From Leucoraja erinacea (Eukaryota): DNA of 64,000 nucleotides. The position numbers and the translations under genes are program-made. Shown here in pieces: positions 1 through 12,194 of the stretch; position 1 is the first letter of the stretch, and every line of letters begins with the position of its first letter. Where the stretch lies: NCBI RefSeq assembly GCF_028641065.1, contig NC_073388.1:20212001-20276000 (forward strand). Direction: 5' to 3'. Below the pieces are notes generated by a model. It was given only the letters and a program-made list of their open reading frames with translations, made no database searches and was not told the DNA's origin.

Positions 1-693
1 ATACTGAAGATAGACACAAAATGCTGAAGTAACTCAGCGGTCAGATAGCATCACTGGAGAAAAAGGATGGGTGACATTTCAGTTCGGGACCCTTCTTTAA
101 ACTGGAGCATATGATCCTTGAAATTACAAAGCCATACATATGAGTTTCAGCAATACATTGAGGCAGGAGTACACCACATAGTGGTATCAAGGTCACTCTG
201 TATTTAATTTTCAAGCATATACCCTTTCCTCCTTTATTAATTCCAGAAGAGGTTGACAATATATTCAGAGGCCAATGACTAACAATAATTAGAATTTCAG
301 CTTTTAACTGTTGGTTACCCAATCTGATTAAAACATCTGCATCTCCACTCTTCACAATACATTGCAGAACTTCTGCTTTTCAAATTGAAGTGTTGCAAAT
401 ACGATGAGGGCGGATACACACAGATTCAGCCATAAAATGCAATCTATACAAACTACCCACATAATACATACATGACATTCATTAAAAGAAATACAAGGAC
501 ATGTATGACCACATACATATAGGAATACAGGAAATAGTCCATAGCTATTTTCTACCTCAGTGTTATTTTCCTGCATTATCCCAATATCCACTGATTCCCA
601 TAAAATCCAGAAATCTATGAATCTCTGTTAAGAATGAATTCATTGACTGGGCTGCCTGTATGGTGGAGAATTCTAATGCTACAACTTCCTCTG

Positions 694-2155
694 CAGGGCT
701 CGAAATTAACGATTGCCCGGGTAGCCAATGTCCACCCAAAGTGCCGCCAGGCAACCTAAACGCCGACTCATTTTGCCCGGCTTGGCACTGCAGATACTGG
801 TTTATACCGAAGATAGACACAAAAAAACTGGAGTAACTCAGCGGGTCAGGCAGCATCTCTGGAGAAAAGGAACGCAACGTTTCATGTCGGTGGCGGCAAC
901 AGCTGCAGTGTGGGGCAAAGATACTAAATGCGGGGTGACGAAGGGTCGGAGCGAATGACGGGCACAGCAGCAGCAGCAGCCGCGATAGCAGCTCCATCGC
1001 CTCCCGCACCCCACCCGCCCTGATAGCAGCCGCTGCTTTCAAACCCGCTAACGGCGATAACCGCTTTCAAAACAAACCCTCTCGCACGCCGAGGCCGAGA
1101 GGAGGGAGGGAGGGGGTGGCCTCCTTCCGCCATCTGAAGCAGCTGCACCAAAGATTCTATAGCTATAGGATCTTTGAGCTGCACCGCTCGGCCCCGCACC
1201 TTGCTGTTGGCTGGCGAGGAGGGGAGGCGGTGGCGAGGAGATCCCAACTGCCTCCCCCTTTGGTGGCGGCACTTGGCAGTGGACAGGGACGGCCAAGGCA
1301 GCGGGACGATGTTGTCCGAGGAGCACTGACCTTCCTTCCTCCCCACCTCCTCTGCCCCTTCTTCTCTCTCTTGTACGCAACCCTCCATCCCCCTTTATCC
1401 TGAGACCCCTCATCTCCATCCGCACTGATCCCCATTCCCGCGTCTAGTCCTCACTGACATCCCCTATGCTCCCCACTCCATCTACCTCCCCCCCCCATTC
1501 ATTCTACACTGATCCCCAAATTCATCCTGTACTTACCCCCCTTCCCATCCATCCTGCACTTCTCCTCCGTTCATCCTGCACTGTAAATTTCCTTGCAACC
1601 TGTGTATTTTGTTATGGATAAATTATGTGGGAAGTGAGAGTGTTTCTGTTTCAATAGCAATAATGACCCATACTATGGCCATGTAATGGTAATTTTCAGC
1701 TTCACAGAAACATGCTTGCATCAATCTGTAGTGTGCATGGTTAAGCTTATATGTGACCATGGTCCAGGATTTATTGTCACAGGTTGATCATATGCTGAAT
1801 AATCCAACCATATTTTTGTTTGGAAGTGGAAAGAACTAATAGAAATTGCATTAATTGCAATGTGTAAAAAGAGTTGAGATACTGTATAATAATGTTGCTG
1901 CATGTCATTGTGGTATATATCATGTCTTGATTGGTGAATACGTTTAGTTTGTGACATTATTTGAAGCAGAAATAATATGTGAATGCTTCATTGAGCATAA
2001 TTCCGACTGGTACTACGTGCTTCGTCCGAGCACATTATCGCACGCATCATGCAAACCGTCTTAAATTACAACCTAAACTGTGATATGGCAACATAAAAAA
2101 AGCTGCGAAGGTTGCCCGGCTGGCAACAGGGAAAAAAGGTTAAGTGAGAGCCCTG
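694..2155. mobile_element. Non-autonomous hAT-like DNA transposon with GC-rich interior and nested insertions
   Basis: Imperfect TIR CAGGGCTCgaaaTTAAC ... GTTAAgtgaGAGCCCTG, subterminal TTGCCCGG motifs at both ends; TSD degenerate. Confidence 0.6.
1149..1176. mobile_element. 28-bp palindromic micro-element with 8-bp TSD
   Basis: AGCTGCAC-CAAAGATTCTATAGCTATAGGATCTTTG-AGCTGCAC. Confidence 0.85.
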
Positions 2156-2286
2156 CGTCTGTAAAACATTAAAATAACAATATTGGGCGGGGAAGGGAGA
2201 ACTGCTGGAGAAACTCAGCGGGCGAGGCAGCATCTATGGAGCAAAGGAATAGGTGACGTTTAGGGTCGAGACCCTTCTTCAGACTC

Positions 2287-3905
2287 TTTTATTTATTTGC
2301 CTCTGTAGTCCACAATTTGAGATTTGTAATAGAAAAAAAAAAATCACATGTGGTTGAAGTGCACATTGTCAGATTTTTATAAAGGCCATTTTTATACATT
2401 TTGGTTTCAACATGTAGAAATTACAGCAGTGTTTCTACATAATTCCCCCCCCCCCCCCCGCCCCGCCCCATTTCAGGGCATCATAATGTTTAGGACACAG
2501 CAATGTCATGTAAATGAAAGTAGTCTTGTTTAGTATTTTGTTGCATAACCTTTGCATGCAATGACTGCTTGAAGTCTGCGATTCATGGGCATCACCAATT
2601 ACTGGGTGTCTTCTCTGGTGATGCTCTACCAGGCCTGTATTGTAGCCATCTTTAGCTTATGCTTGTTTTGCGGGCTAGTCCCCTTCAGTTCTCTCTTTAG
2701 CATATAAAAGGCATGTTCAATTGGGTTCAGATCAGGTGATTGACTTGGCCACTCAAGAATTGACCATTTTTTAGCTTTGAAAACTCCTTTGTTGCTTCAG
2801 CAGCATGTTTGGGATCATAGTCTTGCTGTAGAATGAACTGCCGGCCAATGAGTTTTGAGGCATTTGTTTGAACTTGAGCAGATAGGATGGGTCTATACAC
2901 TTCAGAATTCATTATGCTACTACCATCAGCAGTTGTATCATCAATGAAGATAAGTGAGCCAGTACATTCAGCAGCCATACATGCGCAGACCATAACACCC
3001 CAACCACCGTGTTTCACAGATGAGGTGGTATGCTTTGGATCTTGGGCAATTCCTTCTCTCCTCCATACTTTGCTCTTGCAATCACTCTGATATGTTAATC
3101 TTCATCTCATCTGTCCACAAGACCTTTTTCCAGAACAGTGGTTGCTCTTTTAAGTACTTCTTGGCAAACTGTAACCTGGCCATCCTAACTTTGCGGCTAA
3201 CAGTGGTTTGCATCTTGCAGTGTAGCCTCTGTATTTCTGTTCATGAAGTCTTCAGCAGACAGTGATCATTGACAAATCCACACCTGACTCCTGAAGAGTG
3301 TTCATGATCTGTCGGACAGGTGTTTGGGAATTTTTTTTTATTATAGAGAGAATTCTTCTGTCATCAGCTATGGAGGTCTTCCTTGGTAGCCAGTCCCTTT
3401 GTGATTAGTAAAAGCTCACCAGTGCTCTCTTTCTTCTTAATGATGTTCCAAACAGTTGATTTTGGCAAGCCTAAGGTTTGGCTGATGTCTAACAGTTTTA
3501 TTCTTGTTTCTCAGTCACATAATGGTTTCTTTGACTTTTATTGGCACAACTTTGGTCCTCATGTTGATAAACAGCAATAAAAGTTTCCAAAGGTGATGGA
3601 AAGTTTGGAGGAAAGCTCTTATACCTACATTAAGGAGGCAATTAAACACACCTGAACAATTACAAACGCCTGTGAAGCCATGTGTCCCAAACATTATGGT
3701 GCCCTGAAATGGAGGGACTATGTATAAACACAGATGTAATTTCTACATGGTGAAACCAAAATGTATAAAAATTGCCTTTAAAAAAATCTGACAATGTGCA
3801 CTTTAACCACATGTGATTTTCTTCTATTACAAATCTCGAATTGGGGAGTACAAAGGCAAATAGATAAATGATGGATCTTTGCCCCACATATTATGGAGGG
3901 TGCTG
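2287..3905 (-). mobile_element. Degenerate Tc1-family transposon with long (~200-bp) inverted repeats
   Basis: IRs at ~2290-2500 and ~3680-3905, ending CTG|TA; transposase remnant KHGG..VMV..CM...FILQQDYDPKH (ORF 2727-3017); outer left end missing. Confidence 0.9.
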
Positions 3906-6639
3906 TACAATGTTGGTATTATAATTTCTTACCCCGACTTAGATTTATCAACAGCTTTGCACCTCGTTCCTTTGCAACCCAATGAAAATGAATTCATATT
4001 AACCATTGATTAATATTAACTATTGCCAGCCAAAAGGATGGCATAAAGAATAGTGCAAGTGCATCCATTTAAGAGTTAACATTTTAATAAAGGTCGTTTG
4101 AAAAATCGTCAAAATTCCAATTATGCCAAAACTGTCAGACTAAATAGCATTTTGTCAACTAAGCAATCATTTTATAGATGTTAATGCATGTTCTTCACCT
4201 ACTGAAGGCCGAGATAATTTATGCCCGTGAAGTGTAAAACTTCACGCAATTCTGACCACCGGGGTTTATTTGGAGGAACAGCAACGAGTATGGAAGTTCC
4301 AGCTCTCAATTATCTAAATGCCTATTGGTACTCTACATAGAGTAGCTTTTGTAACTGTATCCGCCAAAAATTACAAAATCCTTCATGTGCCTGGTTGAAA
4401 TGGCACATTATGCAATTACTATGAGCATTAAGGTCAACTTCTATTATGCTGTTAACTCATGCGTGTTTATATTAAGGTTATAAATTCTCTATTACAATAG
4501 CACATCAAATTTAATTTTACTCCATTAAAATATTCTGTCTTGCTTTAGACGAAACAACAAAGCTTATACAAATGATATTCAAAATAAGTAGAAGCTCATT
4601 TTTAAAATGAGCTCCTTCCTGTGTCGCTCCACAAGATTATGAGTAACTTTCAATACAAATTTAAACTTTGTAACCCGATTAGAGTTTGTCATTTTAAGAC
4701 AAATACATTTAAGTTAAAAATTTTGAAGAAATAAATAAAAAGGGGAATGGTAAAAAACAATAATTCCAGATATCACACGCAATGCAAGTATTTAAAAATA
4801 TTGTTCTTTAGCATTTTATTGCTGATAGTAACAGCAATTCTCTCTTTCTCAATAGCGATAGTGCAACCTGCTACACTTAATACAGTTACCCAGTTAATGA
4901 ACACCATACACATATTTCCTTCAACCAGTTACATGTTTAGTGATATAATGATTTACTTCAAGACTTTTATTGATTTAGTAAATTGGTCAATTGTCCTTAA
5001 CAAATGATAAGCCACAAATGTGAACTTGGAATGGGCATGGGATGGAAAGTTTAATAAAAATGATCTTTGGACGAGAAAAATTAAGTTTTACTAAAGAGCC
5101 TTTGATGTAAACAGTGAAGGAAGATACAAGATTGTGACTCACATCCTAAGACATATTTAACATAACCGCCATCTCAGAGCAGAAGTTACTTTCAGCACCT
5201 GCATCTTGGGTTGGGTAGGGGTTGGCTCAAGCTGGTAATATCATGCTGAATGTAAACCTGTCCCTATAGATAAACAAGGCAGTAACTATGTCCGATTTTT
5301 TTAAAATAAAATAATATTAACATTGTGGTTATATAAATTATAACCTTAGATTATTAAGGTAAAACGTCATTTTCACAACCGCGGGATATGAACCACAAAA
5401 ATCTGAAATTCACCTTTGAAATGAACATCAACATACATTGAGTGTGTTTACAACAGGCAGGTGACGCTTACCTCTGTAACTCTGGTGCTTTCAAGTTAGA
5501 CTCTAACTGTTGGCTAAACTTTTGCTGAGGGATTTATAGATGGTCTGAGGCTGCTCTGCAGTACTGCTGAATCTTCGGCGTATCTGCAATGCTGATTGAC
5601 ACCCGGTTCCTGGGTTTACACCGAGATTGACGGCTGGGCAATTGCCGACTGGGGCTGTGGCAGACAAGCTTACCAATGGGAGTGGTGTTGAGGTGGGACA
5701 AACAGGATTGGAACCGCCCTCCTTCAAACCAACATCTGTGGTATCAAAACGGAACTGGTCGGTTGGAGTCGAGTGCAAATGTTGGATGTGTTTTGTTTCA
5801 GAATACTCTAGAGATCTGCACTGCGTTCATCTGTCTATATAGGATTATCACGTTTCCTGTCTGTTCTTAATGATTCATTCGTCAAAGCAAAACCTTATCT
5901 TTCACAGAGACCCAAGTAAAGGAAATGGTGAAATTATTCATAATATGTTAGCAATTGGAGAAATAACACAACCTTTTTTATATTTAAGAAAGAACTGCAG
6001 ATGCTGGAAAAATCGAAGGTAGACAAAAATGCTGGAGAAACTCAGCGGGTGAGGCGACAAAAATGCTTCTTTGTAGATCTCTTTTAATTAATAGGACACA
6101 TGGCCTGTGAGGCTTGATTCACCATGGCTGAATTTGCACTTCAATATTTCGATTGCCTCAAACTCAACTGATCTCACTCAAGAATATTGTGGTAGAGCAT
6201 TCTGAAGTTTTGCATTACTCTGAATGAAAACATTTTGTTGTAACACCTACATGCCCATCTTCTTACATTGAGAAGCAAAAATCCTCTGAAGTCTGCTCAA
6301 GTCAAGTGTCAAGAGAGTTTATTGTCATGTGTCCCAGATAGGACAATGAAATTCTTGCTTTGCTTCAGCATAACAGAATATAGTAGGCATGAATACAGAT
6401 ATCAGTGAATCCATATACCATTATATAAATATATACACACATCGATAAATAAGCAGATAAAGTGCAAATAAACAGATAATGGTCTATTAATGTTCAGAGA
6501 TTTGTTTCAGTTGAGTTTAATAGCCTGATGGCTGTGGGGAAGTAGCTATTTCTGAACCTGGACGTTGCAGTCTCTTTCAATACATCAAGGCTGGTGATCT
6601 AATTTGTCCACTTTGCATTCCAACTTCATATCTCTTGTG

Positions 6640-6851
6640 CAGGAAGGAACTGCAGATGCTGGATTACACTGAAGATAGACACAGAATGTTATAGTAACTC
6701 AGCGGGACAGACAATATCGCTGGAGAGAAGGAATGGATGACATTTCGGGTCGAGACTGATGAAGGCTCTTAACCCAAAATTTCACCCATTCCTTCTCTCC
6801 AGAGTTGCTGCCTGTCCTGCAGATTTGCTCCAGCTTTTTGTGCCTATCTTC
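6640..6851. repeat. Foldback (head-to-head) dimer of the hammerhead-bearing repeat
   Basis: Arms at ~6671-6755 and ~6766-6851 are reverse complements; similar structures at 24903-25115, 27315-27500, 52145-52372, 62090-62310. Confidence 0.8.
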
Positions 6852-7196
6852 CATATCTCTTGATTCCTTTTGTCCAAAAATCGCTCGATATCAGGCATGT
6901 ATATCTTAACATAATAGTAGAGGTGACCATTCAACATACAGGGTTCGTGCTAGCCCATGGACAGCAGTTGCGTTCAACCCACCCCTCCCCCGCCCTCTGC
7001 TTATTGCCATCTCCATATCTCTAATACGTATTGATCTCTGATCCAATAACCTACACTAAGGGATAATTTACGTGCCAATAAACTACTGGATTGTCTTTGG
7101 GATGTGAGAGGAAACCAGAGCATCTGGAGGAGACCCACACCATAATGTAGATTCGAGAAATTGTTTTTATCTAAGTCCAATATGATAATCATGGTC

Positions 7197-7323
7197 TTTA
7201 AGAAGGAACTGCAGATGCTGGAAAATCGAAGGTACACAAAAAAGCTGGAGAAACTCAACGGGTGCAGCAGCATCTATGGAGCGAAGGAAATAGGCAACGT
7301 TTCGGGCCGAAACCCTTCTTCAG
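7197..7323 (-). mobile_element. Penelope-derived ~130-bp repeat with hammerhead core
   Basis: Minus strand CTGAAGAAGGGTTTCGGCCCGAAACGTT; TSD GATAA(T/A)CATGGTC. Confidence 0.8.
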
Positions 7324-8289
7324 ATAAACATGGTCCCTAGTTTGAGGCAATGCACTGTTTCAGAAACAATCCACCTCAATTCAAACTAACTCTGCCTTCT
7401 CATTCTTCCAAAACTCCAATGGTTATAGATCCTTCCATTAAATCTTCCACCTAATCTAAGTATTCTAGGCCTTCCCACCTCCAAGACATGCATATTCAGC
7501 GGGCCAGGCAGCATCTCTGGAAAAAAATGGATAGGTGGATGGATAGACCTTTTGGATAGGACTCTTCTTCGGACCTTTTCTACTCCCCTTATCAACTCCA
7601 GTCTCACCCCCTCAATCAAAGACTCCCTTTTTATTACTATTTCCAGTTCCTTTTTATTACTATTTCCAGTTTCTTCTCATCCTAGAACCTGTAGGCTATT
7701 AAATACTACAACCTCCAAATAGGCTCCAAACTATATAGACCTTTGGGGGCATTATTTGATGTTGCGGTATTATTGTTTATTTGTTTGCCCGTTTATGTTT
7801 ATGTAGATACTGAAATTTCTTTGTGGTTTATTACTGGTTTTCCAGAGTACTATGTTTACATATCTCTGGTGCTGCAGCAAGTAAGAATTTCATTGTTCTG
7901 TTTTCGGAACATATGATAATAAAACATTCTTGACTCGTGTCTCATTAAAAAAAATAAAATACTGCTACCTATTCTGAAACACAAATGCCAAAAGTACCAG
8001 AAACACTCAGCAGGTCAGGAGCATCTCTGGAAAGAGAAACAGAGTTAATGTTTCAGGACAGGGATTTATTTCGTTGAAACATTAAATCTGTATTTTTTCC
8101 AATAGATACTGACTACATGCTGAGTGTTTCCAGCATAACCGTATTTTGGTTATGTTCCAGATTTCCAGCATCAACAGTGAACCATATAATCTGAGCACTT
8201 TCCACCTTTGTTTAAGAGAGAACTGCAGATGCTGGAAAATTGGAAGGTAGACAAAAATGCTGGAGAAACTCAGCGGGTGAGGCAGCATC

Positions 8290-9083
8290 TGTAAATAGCT
8301 TGTTCTAAGCTCCCCCAGTCAAGTGCTTGATTCAGTATTTTAGTGACTGAAAGTACAGTCAATAAAATACTGAATCAAGAACTTGAATGAATAAACTTTA
8401 TTTTGGATAACACAACAACAGTTCCCCTATACATAACCACCGCGGGTTCGATCCTTGTATCAGCTTGGCCAAGCCCTTATAGCCTAGTGCGAGCAGAGAC
8501 ACTCCAAAGGGTCACGCAGTCCCAAGCATTCTCCAGAAGATCGACATCGGACCTCGTGGGAGCTACATTTTATAGGTCCCCGAACATTGAAGGGCCGAAC
8601 CACATGGGGGTGGTCTCTATACAGTCCAATAACACATATTGATTAACACAGTACATGATAGACAGTTCCCTAACCCAATAACACAGTAACTAATACAGTG
8701 TATCTGGTGAAGCTTCTAGATGGAAGTTAACAGAGATGAATTATGCAACATGTGCTTTGGGATTCAGACAACCCAGCCAAAGCTCAACATCTAAACCAAT
8801 CAACAACCGTCCAAATAAGGTTTTGCAACATTATTTACACTATGTATATCTGGTTTGCATTGAACCAATCAGTTACATGCAATTTACACCTTATTGTAAG
8901 AACCTGCAGATGTCTCATTCTTTCCCTGCAGCTCCTATCTTGGCCACACACAAACTGGCACCATTGAGCAGCTTGTCCCAGTTTTGAAAAAGGCACATTT
9001 AACTTGACCAAAATGGCCTAGCAGCACAGAAGCCTTTACTCAATTTTAATGTCCTGGCTGCTCCAATTTGGCCAGGATTAACA
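8290..9083 (-). mobile_element. Solo LTR (ERV/gypsy type) inserted in a Penelope-tail repeat
   Basis: TGTAAAT...ATTAACA termini, 4-bp TSD CATC (8286-8289, 9084-9087), host repeat resumes on both sides; minus-strand TATAAA ~8569-8574 and AATAAA 8397-8402. Confidence 0.85.
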
Positions 9084-10089
9084 CATCTATGGAGCGAAGG
9101 AATAGGTGATGTTTCGGGTATCTGCTGAAGAAAAAACAGGTGAATAAATAGCATGCATTGCAGTTCATTTACTGTGAATGTTCAATTGCATCATTGACAA
9201 AAGGAAATCATAAAATTGACCCATAGCCAGTTGGAAATGGGTGAAAGTGGTTTGCACCCAGAAACAATCTAAAAAGGGAACCAAGCATTTATAAGGGGAT
9301 CTTGTGAAATCTAATACATCCTCCATCACTTTGCTACACAACATTGAATAAAGGCACTAACCCTTGAAGACACACTCTGGTGGCATCCTCACACCACTGA
9401 GCAGATAGAAAGTGCAGGAGAGAGTACAGGATACCGAGTTGGATGATCAGCCATGATCATATTGAATTGCGGTGCAGGCTCGAAGGGCCAAATGGCCTAC
9501 TCCTGCACCTATTTTCTATGTTTCTATGAGAGAGGGACCTTCACTCAAAGGATCAACAAATTGTGGTCCATAAGATACATGTGAAAAAGAAAACCAAACC
9601 AAGGCCCATTATGTGAGGATGTCTTTGGGATGTTGTAATAAATGATTCTCTAAATACCTCTGACCAGTTACATAAGGTTCGAACCAAATCAAATAAGCTA
9701 ACTGGAGGGAGGGAGGATGCACCAGAATAGAATTGCATTAAAAACCAGGATATCTATCTTTCCACAGAGCAGGATTAAGAATTATTGAGGTACTTGTTGT
9801 CTCAAACAAGGAACTTTATCCTAACAAGGAACTTCTAACAAGGGCCCCTGCATCTGTACACTGTGGACGTATTGATTGTAATCATGTATATGCTTTTCGC
9901 TGACTGAATAGCACATAACAAAAAACTTTTCACTGTACCTCGGTACACGTGACAATAATAAACTAAATTAGTGAACGCAATTGTTGCAGTTTTAAGTAAT
10001 ATCATTTGGCACTTCATCCAGTTTTCTTTTTACTTGGGGGACCTGTTCATCCTTCCCAGCTGTTAATCTGCAGTTCCCACCATTCGCTA

Positions 10090-10460
10090 TTGTTGCCTAG
10101 ATTTCCCTTTAAATAGGTGTCACCCTGGCCCCGCCCCTTTGGCCTGGCGGGTTCTATTCGAATAGGCCCCTCCCTTAGCAACTGCGGGTTAGCAACGCAT
10201 CCTGACGGCGCGCTGATTGGTCAGTGCCTCGGCGCTCGCAGCCAATGGCGGAGGGGGACGCGATGATTGGTCAACGCCTCGGCATTCGCAGCCAATGGCG
10301 GAGGAGGGCGTGTTGATTGGTCAGAGTCTCGGCGCCGGCAGCCAATGAAAGAGGGGCGAAGTCTTCGGCAGATGGCGTAGGGAGGACGCGCTGATTGGCG
10401 AACGCCTCGGCCAATGGTGGAGGAGCATCGCGCAAGCCGCACTTTTCAAAAATCAATCTG
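10090..10460 (+). promoter_or_regulatory. CCNB3 CpG-island promoter: GC box, RFX-like half sites, 8 CCAAT (NF-Y) boxes, reverse CHR
   Basis: CCCCGCCC at ~10129; TAGCAAC x2 at 10176-10196; ATTGG at 10216, 10266, 10316, 10394 and CCAAT at 10242, 10292, 10342, 10411; TTCAAA at 10445-10450. Confidence 0.85.
10211..10430. repeat. 50-bp tandem repeat (3 full units plus 1 shortened), each unit ATTGG...CCAAT
   Basis: Units start at 10211, 10261, 10311 and 10389; consensus CGCTGATTGGTCAnnGCCTCGGCGnnnGCAGCCAATGGCGGAGG. Confidence 0.9.
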
Positions 10461-10495
10461 CTGCGGGGCCGCGTCCGGATGTGAGAGGTTTGAGT

Positions 10496-10512
10496 CCGCT
10501 ATAGGATCTTTG
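10496..10512. mobile_element. Half copy (17 bp) of the palindromic micro-element with 8-bp TSD
   Basis: GTTTGAGT-CCGCTATAGGATCTTTG-GTTTGAGT. Confidence 0.8.
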
Positions 10513-11874
10513 GTTTGAGTGCAGTGGCCAGCGGACTAGACCAGTCCGGACATTCGGGCTCAAGAGCCGACACCCTCACCGCCCTGTGCTCCCCTTCACC
10601 CCGAGCACGGACCGCCCGAGAACAGTGCTCGCCCCACCTTCCCCTACAGTCTGAACATTGAACCCCTGCTTTAAAGCGTTCCTCCGTCGTTCCCTGAAGC
10701 TTGCCAGGTTCGTAAATTGTTTAAATTCCTCTCGATTTTATTGCATTAGTAAACATGCATTTACTTGTAAGATGTGGAGTGAGCTCAGCTGCCAGCAGTG
10801 TGTGTGCGATATTGGGACGTTAAATCACAATGAGTGCAGGGGGCGTACTGGAAGAGCTGCAACATTAACGTTTTGTGCAGAGATACGAGATATTTGGTTT
10901 TGTGTCTTGTGCTGCGGCACGTAGCCTTTTTTTTTTAAAGAGCCCACCCCTGCTCTCCTTTACGCTATTGAGACCTAGATTGCCTTCAGTGGTTAACTCG
11001 GAGGACTGGGAAAATACCATAATTGCGGTCTCCGCAAAATCCTTCACATTCTTTGGAATATCGGCGAGCCGATGCAAGTATCTTGATTCTTGGTCCTCCA
11101 AAATATTCCAAATCTCTCAGGTCAACCAATATCCGCTGCATTAAGATCTTGGTTAAAGGCCATGTTAATTACTTGCCTGACATCAAATTCCCAAAATAGA
11201 CATTCTCTTATTTGACATGGACATGGGAAGACACCAAGGATGTGTTCTAAACCTCCTTGAAAAGGAGTCCTGATTCTGATTCCTGCAATCTCTGGTCCAT
11301 TGCTAATTTGCAGTTGCTAAGGGAAAATGAGTATGTGGAATGTGCTGAGAACTTTGAGGAAGGTCCTCTGGACTATCTAGAGATCACCTCAACATGTCCT
11401 TACCTGCCCCAATGGGAACAGTCTGCCACTGCAGCCACGTTAGAACCCATAAAGCCAGAGTGAAAGCAAGTAATTCTTAGTCCCTGGGACTGCCTAAGAA
11501 GACGTAGAGCAAATGCACAGTCATTGATTTCCAATATTCTCTAGATTCTGGAATTGGATTGGACTGTAGATAATGTGACCACTAGTGAGAAATGGAGGGA
11601 TAGAAAAAATGAGGAATTACTGGCCTGATGCCAGTAATTGGGAAATGCTGGTCTGAAGTCAAGAACTAAGTAGCCTTGGAAAGAGTCATAGAGTCAACAT
11701 AAATATTGAAACAAAAATTGTGTTTGATTATTGACTGGAGTTCTTTGGCATGATGTTGCTCTTGCGTTCTTAATGGCACACTGGATCTCTTGCTCTAGTT
11801 AATCCAAGTTGTTACCTGCTCTTCTTTCTCTCTTCACCCTTCCTTTCATAGGGGCAATTCAGGTTGTCGAAGCA

Positions 11875-11946
11875 ATGCCTCTAGTTTCAAAGACAAAGAG
11901 CCTTCAACATGAAAAATTTGGAAAGGAGCCATCTATAATAGAAAAG
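11875..11946 (+). CDS. CCNB3: Cyclin B3 coding exon 1 of 11 (MPLVSKTKSLQHEKFGKEPSIIEK)
   Basis: Polypyrimidine tract and AG at 11850-11851, ATG at 11875, donor AAG|GTAAGA; phase 0 joins the D-box exon in frame. Confidence 0.8.
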
Positions 11947-12194
11947 GTAAGATGAATAATATAGTGAAAATACCCTTACATTTAATATAGTGAACATACA
12001 AATCAACTCAAGAGTGTTTAATTGTCATATGTATGGAATGGAGCAATGAAATTCTTGCTTGCTGTAGCTTTACAAGTTCATCAATGCAACAAAACAACAC
12101 ATACTAGGTTATCAGACCAGAAGAGAGTAAGCTAAAATACATGTGCAACCTATAAAAAGTCCATTGCTGAGATAGAGTTGTGGTTGGTACTATT

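Noticed and set aside
924-1435. Several overlapping 90-160 aa ORFs in a GC-rich segment
   Set aside because: They lie inside the hAT-like element, show no recognisable domains, and are expected by chance at this GC content
5503-5778. 91-aa minus-strand ORF
   Set aside because: TTG start, stops before the nearby donor, no recognisable homology
7627-7671. 23-bp direct duplication CTTTTTATTACTATTTCCAGTT
   Set aside because: Ordinary local slippage duplication
10211-10430. Regularly spaced repeats as a CRISPR-like array
   Set aside because: Eukaryotic promoter tandem repeat with no unique spacers and no cas genes
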